IMG/VR virus record: IMGVR_UViG_3300028837_003734
Location: 12,070 to 76,069 of that record
Reading direction: 5' to 3' (one strand)
From: a virus
DNA: 64,000 nucleotides
Position 1 is the first letter of the stretch, and every line of letters begins with the position of its first letter. The translations under genes and the position numbers were made by a program. The notes under the pieces are model-generated. The model was not told where the DNA came from. It did not search any database and saw nothing but the letters and a program-made list of their open reading frames with translations. This document shows positions 26,487 through 38,100 of this stretch, one piece after another.

Positions 26487-27872
26487 TTGGGAGTTCGGCT
26501 AGACCGAAAGCAAAGACAGATATTGGAAACAATACAGGTATACCGGAGAACATCGGTCAGATCGGGCCACGCAGCAGGAAAAGACTATATGGCAGCGGTT
26601 GCCTCTTTGTGTTTTTTATATCTTAATGTTCCCTCAAAGGTTATCAATACAGCACCGACCGATAGACAAGTTATTAATATTATGATGGCTGAGATAGGCA
26701 GGATATATAGAAATGCCCAGATAGATTTGGGGGGGGACCTATGGACTCATAAGATAACCTTCGGAGATCCAGACTGGTTTTTGTTGGGCTTTAAGACCAA
26801 AGACAAGAAGCCAGAAGACTGGACTGGTTTTCACTCTCCCAATCTTATGGTAGTGGTTACTGAGGCGAGCGGGATAGATCAGGTAACTTTTGATGCTATA
26901 GAGGGAATACTTACTGGTAATAGCAGATTAGTTTTGATATTTAATCCGAATAGGACTACCGGAGAGGCATACCAAAGTACCAGAAGTCCTCTATATAAAG
27001 GAAAGTTTAAGATAAGCTGTCTAAATTGTGTGAACGTCAGGGCTAAAAAAATATTGATCCCCGGACAGGTGGATTGGGAGTGGATTGATGAGAAGATCAG
27101 AAAGCCAGGCTGGGTAGTAGAAATTAGCGAGGGAGAAGTGAATGGAGACTCCTATGATTTTAAATGGGAAGGCAAATGGTATAGGCCTAACGATTTGTTC
27201 TTAGTTAAGGTTATGGGAGAATTCCCTCGAGCAACTGAAGACACCCTAATTCCTTTAAACTGGATAGAGATGGCCAATGATAGATGGCGAGATTTAAAAG
27301 GTAAAGGAGAAGGCGCTTTAAAGTTAGGGGTCGACGTAGCCGGCATGGGAAGGGACCTTACCGTATTCGCTTTCAGAAGGGGAAGTGTTATTGAAAGAGT
27401 GAAAGCTTACAGTAAACAGGATCATATGGTGACCGTGGGGAGAGCAAAAAATGAATTAATAAAGAAAGAGGATATCACCTATATAGATTCAGCAGGAGAA
27501 GGGGCTGGAGTCTTTTCGAGATTAATAGAACTAAAGGCTAACGCGGTCGGAGTTAAGGCCTCAGAATCAGCAAAGGGCATGACCGATCTAACTGAGCAGA
27601 GGACCTTTGCCAATATGAGAGCCTATCTATATTGGGCTGTAAGAGATGCCTTAGATCCCGCATTAGATGGGGAGTTAGCTCTGCCTCCCGTAGATGAGTT
27701 GACTCAGGACTTAACCGAGGTGCATTGGAGCACCAGAAGTAACGGAGATATCCTAATCGAAGAGAAGGATAAAATTAAAAAGAGATTAGGCCGGTCCCCG
27801 GACTACGGAGATGCGGTAGCCAACACCTTCTCGGGGAAGAAGAAGCGAAAAGAGGCGGAGGTATTCGTTTAA
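26487..27872 (+). CDS. Terminase large subunit (true start probably further upstream)
   Basis: Walker A RSGHAAGKD, VVTEASG, FNP, RNase H-like LGVDVAGMG.D, SPDYGDA. Confidence 0.92.
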   Translation: MGVRLDRKQRQILETIQVYRRTSVRSGHAAGKDYMAAVASLCFLYLNVPSKVINTAPTDRQVINIMMAEIGRIYRNAQIDLGGDLWTHKITFGDPDWFLLGFKTKDKKPEDWTGFHSPNLMVVVTEASGIDQVTFDAIEGILTGNSRLVLIFNPNRTTGEAYQSTRSPLYKGKFKISCLNCVNVRAKKILIPGQVDWEWIDEKIRKPGWVVEISEGEVNGDSYDFKWEGKWYRPNDLFLVKVMGEFPRATEDTLIPLNWIEMANDRWRDLKGKGEGALKLGVDVAGMGRDLTVFAFRRGSVIERVKAYSKQDHMVTVGRAKNELIKKEDITYIDSAGEGAGVFSRLIELKANAVGVKASESAKGMTDLTEQRTFANMRAYLYWAVRDALDPALDGELALPPVDELTQDLTEVHWSTRSNGDILIEEKDKIKKRLGRSPDYGDAVANTFSGKKKRKEAEVFV

Positions 27873-27899
27873 TATTTGATTAAGTGAGGCGAAAAAAAT

Positions 27900-29393
27900 A
27901 TGACCGAAGAAATAAAGAAAAAAAAGCAGGCCGCCGAGGTTCACGTTACCCTTACCAAAGGGCAACAATTTATACAGACTTCAAAAGGAGTTTATCCTTT
28001 GTCTGCTCTAAAGAAATACGAAGTCAAAAAGACTTCCAAACAGATTAAAGAGGAAGAGCAATTTGGAATTAATGAGCTGGTTGCTCCCCCCAATTCTCCC
28101 ACCAGTCTGCTTCAATTATACGATATGAATTCGACCTTTAGTGCTTGCGTAAATCAGATAGCCGAAGATGTAGCTGGACTGGGCTGGAGGCTGGAGTTAA
28201 AAGAGGGGGAAGAAGAAGATGAAGATGAGAAAAAGAAGATTAACGGACTCTTGGATAAACCCAATCCGGAAGAGTATTTAAGGCACATATTGAAAGAAAT
28301 GCTTATCGATGTAGGGATAATAGGCTGGGGTGGATTCGAGATAGTGAAAAATAGAATCGAAGAAGTAGCCGAGATATGGCATATTGCTGGACATACTTTC
28401 AGGATCCATAAAAAGAAGAAGAAATTCTGCCAACAAAGAAATAATGATAAGGTCTGGTTTAAGAGGTATGGGGAAGAAAAAGATATCTCTCCAGAGACTG
28501 GAAAGGTAAGCAAACTTGGCTTAGAGGATAGAGCAAGCGAGTTAATCTATTACAAAAGATACTACCCGAGATCGGATTATTATGGAGCCCCTCCTATCCT
28601 ATCAGCAGTAGGTTCTCTGGTCGGACTTATTGGGATCAGGGATTATAATTTATCTTTCTTTGAAAACTACGGGGTTCCTGCAGCCTTAATCACCCTCACC
28701 GGAAAATGGAAAGATGGTTCAGCGAAAAAAATTAAGAATTTCTTGGATACCGAGATTAGGGGATCCGAAAATATGCATAGGACTATGGTCTTCCAGGTCC
28801 CGGATGAGAACGCTAAATTTCAATGGCAGCAATTGTCCGTGGACATAAAAGAGGGAAGCTTCAGGCTGTATAGAGAATCCTTGCAAGAAGATATACTCAT
28901 TGCCTATTCCATGCCTGGGGAACGAATTGGAGTTAGGCCAAGAGTAGGAAAATTAGGTGGGGGTAGTATGACTACGGAAGCGACTAAGATATATATAGAA
29001 TCGGTAGTAGAACCCTTACAGAAGGATATGGAAGACATTATTAATGGCCCGATTATCGAGCAAGGACTGAACTGCCATAAATATGTGTTTAAACTTAATA
29101 CTCTGGACATTCGAAATATTGATGCAGAAGGAGATAGATATATTAAGTATATTGAACATGCCATGATGACCCCCAACCAGGCTAGAAATAAATTAGGTCT
29201 GGGAAAGCCCTATATTGGTGGAAATAATTACTACATGAAGAGCGGTCTGGAAGTAGTAGGTGAAGAGGAGCTGGAAAAGAGGGAAGACAAATTTATTAAG
29301 GCGATGGAAGATCTTAAAGAGGGAATTAACAGATTAACTGAAGATGATTTTCTTAAAGAAGTGGGGAAAGACGAAGGAAAGTTAGGGGACTAA
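27900..29393 (+). CDS. Portal protein (PBSX-like)
   Basis: YYGAPP, FFENYGVP, MTPNQARNKLGL; position after TerL. Confidence 0.92.
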   Translation: MTEEIKKKKQAAEVHVTLTKGQQFIQTSKGVYPLSALKKYEVKKTSKQIKEEEQFGINELVAPPNSPTSLLQLYDMNSTFSACVNQIAEDVAGLGWRLELKEGEEEDEDEKKKINGLLDKPNPEEYLRHILKEMLIDVGIIGWGGFEIVKNRIEEVAEIWHIAGHTFRIHKKKKKFCQQRNNDKVWFKRYGEEKDISPETGKVSKLGLEDRASELIYYKRYYPRSDYYGAPPILSAVGSLVGLIGIRDYNLSFFENYGVPAALITLTGKWKDGSAKKIKNFLDTEIRGSENMHRTMVFQVPDENAKFQWQQLSVDIKEGSFRLYRESLQEDILIAYSMPGERIGVRPRVGKLGGGSMTTEATKIYIESVVEPLQKDMEDIINGPIIEQGLNCHKYVFKLNTLDIRNIDAEGDRYIKYIEHAMMTPNQARNKLGLGKPYIGGNNYYMKSGLEVVGEEELEKREDKFIKAMEDLKEGINRLTEDDFLKEVGKDEGKLGD

Positions 29394-29720
29394 AAGATGG
29401 TGGATATAGAAAAATTCATTAAAAAGATAGAATTAGAAGGTTATGTAAAGGAGACCCTGGCGGAGATAGTGCAGATGTTAGATAGGAAGATTAAAGAGGA
29501 TATGCCGGGAGTCAGGATAGCCATCAGAGTAGAATTGGGAATAGCAGATGGCCGGACTCCCCAGAGGAAAAATAATGAACGAAATAGTTAATAAAGCAAA
29601 CTGCCGAATAATACACTATTATGGTTCGGCGTCTTTTACCAATGGTTCTTACTTTTTATACGGATATGAGGAAGGTAAAGACTTGACTGGAAATGTTGTA
29701 GTAAAGGAGCTAAGGGAAGT

Positions 29721-31286
29721 ATGCCGTTAACCAGTGAAACTGCAGAAGAATTAGATAGACTTTTGGATATATTCTTTGAAAAGATTGGCCGCAAAGAAAG
29801 GATGAGGAAGCAGATACTTAAATTGATGGATGAGTGTGAGGCCTATCTCTATCCTAAGATCCGGGATTGTATGCAACTATCTCGGAAACAGATTATCAGG
29901 GATATCAAAAATAGGATCTTAAAATTTGAAAAGAAGTCCAAGTCTCAAATAATAGTGGATTACGTGGACTGGGAGACCATAGAAAGAAGTGAAACGAGCA
30001 TAATCAAACCGGCCTATCTAAATATAATGGAGAGAGCTGGCAATTTATCCCTTGCTCAGGCCAGGATCGAGGCCTCTTTTGACGTAATAAATCCCCGTTC
30101 GGTAAAGTGGGCCGAGAAATACTCCTCAGAATTGGTCACCCTGGTAGGCAAAGAGACAAAAAAGGGATTACGAGAAATAGTGACTCAAGGGGTAAAAGAA
30201 GGAAAGACTCTTAAAGGGATAGCAAAAGATATTGAGAAGATGGGCATTGGACTTAATGGAAGGCAGACTAAGGCTTTGTATAAATATAGGGATTTGATGG
30301 AAACCCAGAAATTGCCTTCAAAAGTAATTAAGGATAAGTTTGACAAATACTACAATAGGCTACTAAGGGAACGTAGCGAAATGATATCCAGGACAGAAGT
30401 TAACCGGAGTGTAAATGAAGGATATTTGGATTCACTGGAGGGAACTCGGTATGAAGAAGTAGAGATATCTTCAGCCGGAGATGCCTGTCACCTATGTTTA
30501 GATATGGCCGGGATAAGGTATAAAAGAGCTGAGGCAAGAGGGCGCTTGCCCGCTCATCCTGATTGTCGATGTCATTGGATTGTAGTAATTCCCAGAGCAA
30601 AGAAACCAAAAGTCCCCAAGAAACCCAAAAAACCGGCACTTGAGATTCCGGGTTTTTCACCTGCCCGGACTTTTAAAGAAGCGGAAAGATATGGGGAAAA
30701 CTTAGTTAAACCCGAAGGGAATATATCTGGGGCTAACTTTGGTAGGATGAGCTTGGATAATGCTAATATGGTTAATGAACGGCTAACCGGTTTAATAAAC
30801 GATTATAAAATTAAACCTGATTTTATCGGGAGTTCTCAGGCTGTAAGAAGGGCGATTAAAAGAGTGTATCCAGGGGTAAAGTTTTTCCCGGTTAGTGGCC
30901 ATACATTTGCTGAAACAGTAACTCTACCAAATAATGAAATAGCTATAGCTTTTAATGAGAAATATTTTAAAAAGGGTGGGGAGGTTCTGTTAAAACAACA
31001 ATTAGAAAATTGTTTTGCTAGCGGCTTCCATAAATTAAAGAATATAGAGCATATAGTTGACCATGAATATGCTCATATTTTGGATATAGTTAAAAAGTTA
31101 TCTGTAAAGTCTGATTTTGTAAAACATTATACCTTCTTAAAAGACAGGTCTTTGGTAAAAATGGCGATAAGTGGGTATGCTGAGGCCGATGGTTTAACCG
31201 AAAGTTGGGCTGAAATATTCGCTCTTTATAGGGCGGATAAACTGCCACCTTTAAGAAAAACATTAGTTGAGGAGTTATTAAAATGA
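29721..31286 (+). CDS. MuF/SPP1 gp7-like minor head protein with C-terminal HEXXH domain
   Basis: RSEMISRTEVNR, CHLC...PAHPDCRC, then DHEYAH...ISGYA...ESWAEIF. Confidence 0.85.
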   Translation: MPLTSETAEELDRLLDIFFEKIGRKERMRKQILKLMDECEAYLYPKIRDCMQLSRKQIIRDIKNRILKFEKKSKSQIIVDYVDWETIERSETSIIKPAYLNIMERAGNLSLAQARIEASFDVINPRSVKWAEKYSSELVTLVGKETKKGLREIVTQGVKEGKTLKGIAKDIEKMGIGLNGRQTKALYKYRDLMETQKLPSKVIKDKFDKYYNRLLRERSEMISRTEVNRSVNEGYLDSLEGTRYEEVEISSAGDACHLCLDMAGIRYKRAEARGRLPAHPDCRCHWIVVIPRAKKPKVPKKPKKPALEIPGFSPARTFKEAERYGENLVKPEGNISGANFGRMSLDNANMVNERLTGLINDYKIKPDFIGSSQAVRRAIKRVYPGVKFFPVSGHTFAETVTLPNNEIAIAFNEKYFKKGGEVLLKQQLENCFASGFHKLKNIEHIVDHEYAHILDIVKKLSVKSDFVKHYTFLKDRSLVKMAISGYAEADGLTESWAEIFALYRADKLPPLRKTLVEELLK

Positions 31287-31462
31287 ACGAGATAATTTGC
31301 GCAAGATGTATTCATTTTATTAAATCTGAAAAGAAATTTAATAAATGTAAAGCGTTTCCCGAATTGCCTGGAATCCCCTGGGAAGTTGTATCGGGGGAAA
31401 ACGACCATAGTCGTAAAATAAAAGGCCAGACAGGCGATTATGTGTTTAAAGAAAAAAGATAG
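31283..31462 (+). CDS. 59-aa Cys-rich protein coupled to MuF (candidate immunity/partner)
   Basis: CARCIHF...CKAFP..PGIP....GENDH; ATGA overlap. Confidence 0.65.
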   Translation: MNEIICARCIHFIKSEKKFNKCKAFPELPGIPWEVVSGENDHSRKIKGQTGDYVFKEKR

Positions 31463-31524
31463 ACTTTAAGATTAAAAAATTAACTGATATACCAGATTTG
31501 GTATGTTAGTTATTAGATAAGTAG

Positions 31525-34419
31525 GTGATACTATTGAAATTAGAAGATATAACGAAATCGAACTTAAAAAAAGTTACTGATTTAGGGTTATATGAATTGA
31601 GATTAAGGTTTGAAGGAGTACATCATAGTCTTCATCACAGATATCTGAAATTTGAAAAAAAGGAGCCTTTAATTCAAATAAATTGGGATAATTTCTTCAA
31701 GAGATATAAGTGGCTAGCGGAAGAACTTGCGACCAGAAGACTGATATACAGTCGGAAATCTATCGATTTAGATTTAGAAAAAAGCGAAAAAAAATTTGAT
31801 ATAGAAATATTAGGAACTTATGCCCAACTTAATTCCCCTCTCGGCAAACACTTTTCTCTGCTTATCCGTCACAAGGATAAAAGGATTCTTATCGACCCGG
31901 CAGTACATAAGAAAGATATAAAAGAGGACTTGGATCTTATAGTTGTGACTCAAGCCGATAAGGATCACTGGGAATATCTTAATGAATACAAAGGTATCTC
32001 GGTCTATACGGTAGGAGCAATATTCGACCGGCTACCCAAGAGCGAGGATACGCATTTATTCCTTAAACTGCTAAAGATTGACGGGTTAGAGATTATCCCG
32101 ATCAAGACTACTCCGGCAGTCGGAACACCCTCCATGGGTTTAAGATTAGGCCTAGGAAAGAAGAAAATATCGATCTTACCCGAATTCTTAGAATTAGGGA
32201 GGGCGCAGAAGGACCTGATACGAGGGACTGTCTGGATTTGTGGAGTGGGAGATTATGAGACAGATCCGGAGAAAGAGGAAAAGAAACTTTCCTTTCTCTC
32301 TCTCCTGCGATTGGCAGAGGAATTGAAACCGAAGGCAATATATCTTACTAATTTAAGAAAGGATATTTTAAGACAAAAAGAGAAAGTTAATACCGGACTT
32401 AGGTTATGGAATGGTAAAATTTTATATGATGGTGATATCTTGGAAGAGAAGGATTTTGAGAAGAGAGAAAAATGGGGCTTGAACAAGCCGGCCTATCGAA
32501 TATTTACTTTCGAGGATCTTAAGAATACTCCCCATTTCCAGGAAGGAAAAGCAGTTGTAGAAGCCAAGTTTGATGGGATGAGAACGAAAATTATAAAGAA
32601 AGGCAAAGATATAATTATAATGAGTGATCCCGAAGATATTAAAGGCTCTCCTATCAAGACTGAGAGATTACCCTGGCAGGTAGAAGAGCTTGAGAAGATG
32701 AAGGGAGATTTTGTAGGTGATGCAGAAGTTATAATGATAGATAAGGAAAAGAATGAATGCTTACATAGAACCGCTACTAATTCTCTCTTAAACGGGAAAT
32801 TTGACCCGACTGAAGCTAGTAAGAAAGCTCATATTTACATTTTTGATATTGTGGAATATGAGGAAAAAGATATTAAAGACTGGCCCCTTAAAGAACGAAA
32901 AGAGCTACTTAGCAAATTCAAGGATTCTGAGCACATTCATTTTCTCACAAGTTCAACCAATTTACAGAAAGATGCCTTATCTTATATTATGAATTTAGAG
33001 GATCTCAAGCAGATCGAAAAGGCTAAAGATAAAATAATGGGCTATGCTCATAAAGGCGGTCCTTATCCCAAATATATTGCCGAGGGGGTAATGGTTAAAT
33101 TACTCAATACCCCTTACGAAGTGCCTCAAGACCATGGTGCTTGCAAATGGAAAGAAAAGTATGAGATTGATTGCCTGGTAGTAGGCAAAGAGGAAATTAT
33201 CAGGGAAGGAAAGAAGACCGGGAATTGGAATTATGAATTAGTTGTAGGACCCATCGATGAAGAGTGGGCAGAGGCCATAGGCAGAAAAGACAAGAAGGCA
33301 GTAACAGAATTTAAAGGAAAGTTTTATAACCATATAGGAAAGTCAGATAATACGAAACAGGATGTGGCGATAGGCTCGATACTAAGGGTGGCCAGCGAAG
33401 ATGTTAATAGTTACGAGACCGACGTTCCTAAATATCCCTATTATAAAGCTTATGTGAGCGTGGTATTACAACCGGTTCCGGAAAAGAATGTACCTGATAA
33501 GATATTTGTATTGGAAAGACTCTCCGGATTCACTCCGCGGAGAGAGGCCCTTGTAGAGAAAGGAATTAAAGATGATGTCAAAATTAGCATAGACGAGGGG
33601 AAGATCCCAAAAGAAATATATAAAACACATGCCAAGGAAAATGAACCACTTCCTAAGGAATTTTATAATGATTACCGGGAGGGGGAGGCCTTTATGCAGA
33701 CCCACATCCGGGGATTGGAGCCGGAGGAAGTAGAGAAATACAAAAAGGGGAAGATAACCTTAGCCAAGCTTTTCGAGGGTCATTCGATACATCTTGATGA
33801 TAGGATGAGCTTCTCCGGATTGAAAAGGCTGGTGCAATGGGTAATTACCGATAATAATGTAGAAAGTTATTTACGGATGTTGAAAGGTGAATTAGTAGAG
33901 ACGGCAAGTGGAGTGAAGAATGTGGCAAAATCCTTTGCCTTAGTAAAGCCCAGTGCCGAAGAACCGGGAATGGTTAAGAAAATAGAGGGGATAAAAGAAC
34001 CGAGCATAAGCAAGAAGGGAGCAAAGATACTTGCTGATTTACAGATAGTGAAGGGTTCGTATTTTATCTCTCCGGGAGAAGTAGGGGCTACTGCATACAA
34101 ATATGCCTGGATGGGCCTTATCTGGCGAGGGAAAGTTAAGAGCGGAATCGGAAGGAAAGATTATCATGAGTATTTTTATTATCCTGATGAAAAATTGCCA
34201 GAAAAGAATAAAGAATTAGTAAAAGGAAGATATGTTGTTAAGGCTTTTAAGAGGCCGAAAGGAGCAGGTAATTACTGGCAGATTTGGAAAGCTACAGAAG
34301 GATTCCCAGCAGATCCTATCGAGCATAAGGATTCGGGATATTATATCCTCGTACCTGCTGGGGAGCTTAAAGCGATTGGCCGGGAGCACTATGAATATGG
34401 GAGGAAAGAACCAGAGTGA
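31525..34419 (+). CDS. Multidomain protein: degenerate metallo-beta-lactamase fold + ATP-dependent DNA ligase + C-terminal domain
   Basis: RILIDP...TQADKDH; ligase motifs EAKFDGMR, DAE, FD, EGVMVK, KWK. Confidence 0.8.
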   Translation: MILLKLEDITKSNLKKVTDLGLYELRLRFEGVHHSLHHRYLKFEKKEPLIQINWDNFFKRYKWLAEELATRRLIYSRKSIDLDLEKSEKKFDIEILGTYAQLNSPLGKHFSLLIRHKDKRILIDPAVHKKDIKEDLDLIVVTQADKDHWEYLNEYKGISVYTVGAIFDRLPKSEDTHLFLKLLKIDGLEIIPIKTTPAVGTPSMGLRLGLGKKKISILPEFLELGRAQKDLIRGTVWICGVGDYETDPEKEEKKLSFLSLLRLAEELKPKAIYLTNLRKDILRQKEKVNTGLRLWNGKILYDGDILEEKDFEKREKWGLNKPAYRIFTFEDLKNTPHFQEGKAVVEAKFDGMRTKIIKKGKDIIIMSDPEDIKGSPIKTERLPWQVEELEKMKGDFVGDAEVIMIDKEKNECLHRTATNSLLNGKFDPTEASKKAHIYIFDIVEYEEKDIKDWPLKERKELLSKFKDSEHIHFLTSSTNLQKDALSYIMNLEDLKQIEKAKDKIMGYAHKGGPYPKYIAEGVMVKLLNTPYEVPQDHGACKWKEKYEIDCLVVGKEEIIREGKKTGNWNYELVVGPIDEEWAEAIGRKDKKAVTEFKGKFYNHIGKSDNTKQDVAIGSILRVASEDVNSYETDVPKYPYYKAYVSVVLQPVPEKNVPDKIFVLERLSGFTPRREALVEKGIKDDVKISIDEGKIPKEIYKTHAKENEPLPKEFYNDYREGEAFMQTHIRGLEPEEVEKYKKGKITLAKLFEGHSIHLDDRMSFSGLKRLVQWVITDNNVESYLRMLKGELVETASGVKNVAKSFALVKPSAEEPGMVKKIEGIKEPSISKKGAKILADLQIVKGSYFISPGEVGATAYKYAWMGLIWRGKVKSGIGRKDYHEYFYYPDEKLPEKNKELVKGRYVVKAFKRPKGAGNYWQIWKATEGFPADPIEHKDSGYYILVPAGELKAIGREHYEYGRKEPE

Positions 34420-34629
34420 AGGAGGAAATATTCGGTGGCTCGTTTTGATTGGATGGAGAAGATAAAGAGGAAAGAAGACAAAATCACAATAGATCAAGCA
34501 ATAGAATGGTTAGAGAGTCAGCCTAGAATAGGACGTAATGTGAATAATTGTTATATTGAGCCTGAGGATGATGCATTGGATAAAATTATTGATTTACTCA
34601 AGCGTTTGAGAAAAGGAAAATAATTAATA

Positions 34630-34732
34630 GCTTGCCTAGCGTTTTGGACGTAGGGGATAGGTCTGTTCCACGATATCTAAGATATGGAGGCTGATCACCA
34701 CCGATATAGGTTCGAATCCTATCAAGACAAGC
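34630..34732 (+). ncRNA. tRNA-like structured RNA (no canonical cloverleaf)
   Basis: Perfect T-arm ATAGG-TTCGAAT-CCTAT; GCTTG/CAAGC terminal stem; two internal hairpins. Confidence 0.55.
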
Positions 34733-34786
34733 GTCTTAATAATCAGTAGGCAGATAGACAGATAGAAAGAAAGGAGACAGATAGAT

Positions 34787-35095
34787 ATGATATTGAAATT
34801 TAGAATGATGACTCATGGAAAACCGGCTGCTTGGAGAATAATTGATAAGGTTAGAAGGGTGGATTGGGAATATGTAGATGCAACAGACGTTTTAAAGAAA
34901 AGAGCCGAGAAAGCGGGAATTGTGTTTATATGTTTACGTAAGGAAGACCCTGATGCGCCAGGAAGTAAGCGAGTGGCCGAGGTGCGGATTATGTTTGAAA
35001 GTGGAAATCAAGATATGTTTTATACTGATGAAATGGTGTTTATTTTAAACGATGAAGGAAAGACTTGCGATACTATTAATAGCCCAGTTCATTAA
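34787..35095 (+). CDS. Hypothetical protein (TDEMVFILNDEGKT motif)
   Basis: SD AGGAG; flanked by a 13-bp inverted repeat. Confidence 0.7.
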   Translation: MILKFRMMTHGKPAAWRIIDKVRRVDWEYVDATDVLKKRAEKAGIVFICLRKEDPDAPGSKRVAEVRIMFESGNQDMFYTDEMVFILNDEGKTCDTINSPVH

Positions 35096-35151
35096 ATAAA
35101 TCTTACTGCCTACTGGTTGTTCATTTTAAGGAAAGAGATGAGGTGATTTAA

Positions 35152-38100
35152 ATGGAGTTAAAAGAAATAAAAAAATTAACAGAACAGGGAGAGGGAGAAT
35201 ATTTTGAGGATGTAGAAAAGGGTTGCAGACCAGCCTTTGGATCTCCTGGTGGTAAAAGGTATTTAGCTAAGACTATAGTTAGTTATATTCCAGAACATAA
35301 AACTTACGTTGAGAATTTTGTGGGTGGCGGGGCAGTATTTTTTGCTAAAGAACCGAGTGAAGTCGAAGTTATAAATGATTTGGATAAAGATATCGCTTTT
35401 GCCTATAGGTTTATGAAAAAAATTAGTGATGAGGATTTAAAAAAACTAAAAAAGAAAAATTGGGTAGGGAATAAAAATCATTTTGATAACCTTAAAAAAA
35501 GTAAACCCGAAAATGATTTAGAGCGATTTTATAAATTCGTATACACGATGAGATTTTCAAGATTTAAAAATTATGTTAGTTCCTTTGAAGGTCAAGAAGC
35601 TGACTGCACCTCCGCACTCCCCAACGTAAAAGAGAGATTAAAAAATGTAAAGATAGAGAATAATGATTATAAAGAAAGTATTAATTATGATTCTAAAGAA
35701 ACTTTTTATTATCTGGACCCACCCTACCCTGATACCGAGAATAAAACAATTGGTGGTAATATCAGTCTAGTAGAACTTCATGATTTTTGCAAAAAAATAA
35801 AAGGAAAATTTATACTTTCTCTTAATGATGTTAACACAATTAAGGAAGCATTTAAAGATTTTCACATAAAAAAAGTTAAGGTATTACAAAGCTTTTCTAA
35901 TACGGAAGGAACACAAGAATTCAGGAGGGAACTTCTTATCTCTAATTTCCCACTTAAGAAAGAAAACATCTATTTATCAAAGAGTGATGAAGTTTTAATT
36001 GAGGACCTTCCTTCATTTGTGTGGATCCCTGAGTTTATAAATATTGCCGGGTCTCTCTTTTACGAGAGGGAGGGCAATCGAAAGCCTAATGATATCGATA
36101 TCTTAGTGAGAGCAAAAGAAGAAGACGATAAATTTACCATAACTCTGGATAAATCTTTAAGACTAAAGATAGATAGGATCTTGGAGCAGAGGGTGGGAAA
36201 GATGTCCGGAAAATGGTTAACTCCGGAATGGCTGGGATCGACTTTCGGGCCCAACTGGAGATACCAGACCGGCTGGGATTTAGTATTAGTGCCCCATCAG
36301 CCACAGGAGATTAGAGAGATGAATGAACCGGAGTTCGCATCAGAATTTTATAAAGAAGAAAATTACGAGGAATTTTGTGATTTTGGGGGCGGGCACTTCT
36401 CTAAATTTGTTGAGGAACACCCAGAATTTGAATCTGAGGAATTTAGAGAGTATGTGATTGTGCATAATAGAGCGGACCGGGACTCTGGAGAATTAGAAGA
36501 CATTGCTGCTTCTGAGATTTTAAGACTCGCAAAAGAATTTGCCCAGGAGAAAAATATCCAAATTAATAAAAGACATAGCAGAGAAAAGTGTATGGAATGT
36601 GACAAGCCACCCTTTTGGGAATGTTTATGGGCTGAAGGAATAGGCCATGCTTGGTTTTGTAAGAAGCATTTTAAAGAATGGGCCACAACCGGTGACGGCA
36701 AGGGTGAAATAGTTTATGTCAAAGAAGTAAAAGATGGCATAGCAGCCAAGAAATTTGGGGAAAATAGAAATCCAAATATCTGGGCTGAATTAAAGAGAGA
36801 ATTCGCCAAGGAATTTTATAAGAAATTATCAGATAAACAAAGAGAAGAATATGAGAAAGAGACAGCCGTTATTAATGAGAATAAAAAGAAACCTCAAGCT
36901 GAGAAAGTTCACAGGTTTAAATCAGCTAAATGGACACACCCTAATGGGCATCCACGTTGTTTGATATGTGGCAGTGATTCTCCAGTAGGTGGAGTTTGTA
37001 ATATGCCAAATAGTTGGTATGAAAAACATAGATACGACGATGAGGAAGCCTGGAAAAAAGAAAGAGAAATTCTAAGGGAAAAGGGGATAATAAAACAGGG
37101 AATAGATTGGGTAAATTCTCCCACTTTAGCCTACTTGAGCGTATATGGAGAAATGCCTAATACACCTTTAAGAGGCAGAAGTAATTATCCTAAACGAATA
37201 TGGAATGATAAAGAGGTTGATAAAGAATTTAAGGATAATTGGTTAGAAGACTTAAATAGTATTCCTGATATAGAAGTAAGAGCAACTGATATCGGGCATT
37301 CTGCTGATAGAGTTGCTTTTGTAGTATTTAGATTTAAAGACAAAAAGAATGATAGCAAAGCTAAAGATATAGCGGATAGTCTGAATAAATTAGCGGAACT
37401 ATATTGTAAAAGCGATATTGGAACAGAAGGACGACCTCGAATTTGTGTAGCTGGCAAAATAAAATTAGGAGATAAAAATTGGGAGGAATGGTGGAATAGT
37501 TTAGCCGGGAAGATTAAGGGAATTGTTAAAGAAGAGTTTGAAAAGCTTGACCTTGAACAATTTAAAGCAGAGGGAATAGACGATGATCTTAAAAATCCTG
37601 CAAAGCGATGGCGGGAATTACTGGCCGACATTAGATATTTATTCAATAGTGGTTATCCCAAACTCAAAGAAGGAGAAAAATGGGGAGAATGGGATTTAAC
37701 TATACTACTTAAATATGGATCTAAAATTGTGGATACGCTTAGAAATAAATGTTATTTCACTTTGATACCGGCAAAGATAGGAGAAAAAGAATATAAAAGT
37801 TCATATTGGAAAGCATACAGAGAAGCAAGAGAAAAAGGGTATATAAAATCTAAACCGCCCACGGAGAGAGAAGTTAAAGAATGGGATGAGAAGCGAAAAG
37901 AAATAATTAAGGATGGGCAAGAAATAGCCAAATTTACTTTTAAGAAGATCGATGAGGCAGAGCATATAGTTGGTGGAGTAGTCTATTTTAGTTATAAAAC
38001 GGATTCGCAGCAGGACTGGACCTCGCCTCCGGAAGTCTGGAAAGCTCTAAAGCATTTTATGCTCAAGAAAAAGACTATAAAAGTTATGCACCAAGGAGTT

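Noticed and set aside
34630-34732. Canonical tRNA or selC
   Set aside because: No valid D-arm or anticodon arm could be built; kept only as tRNA-like
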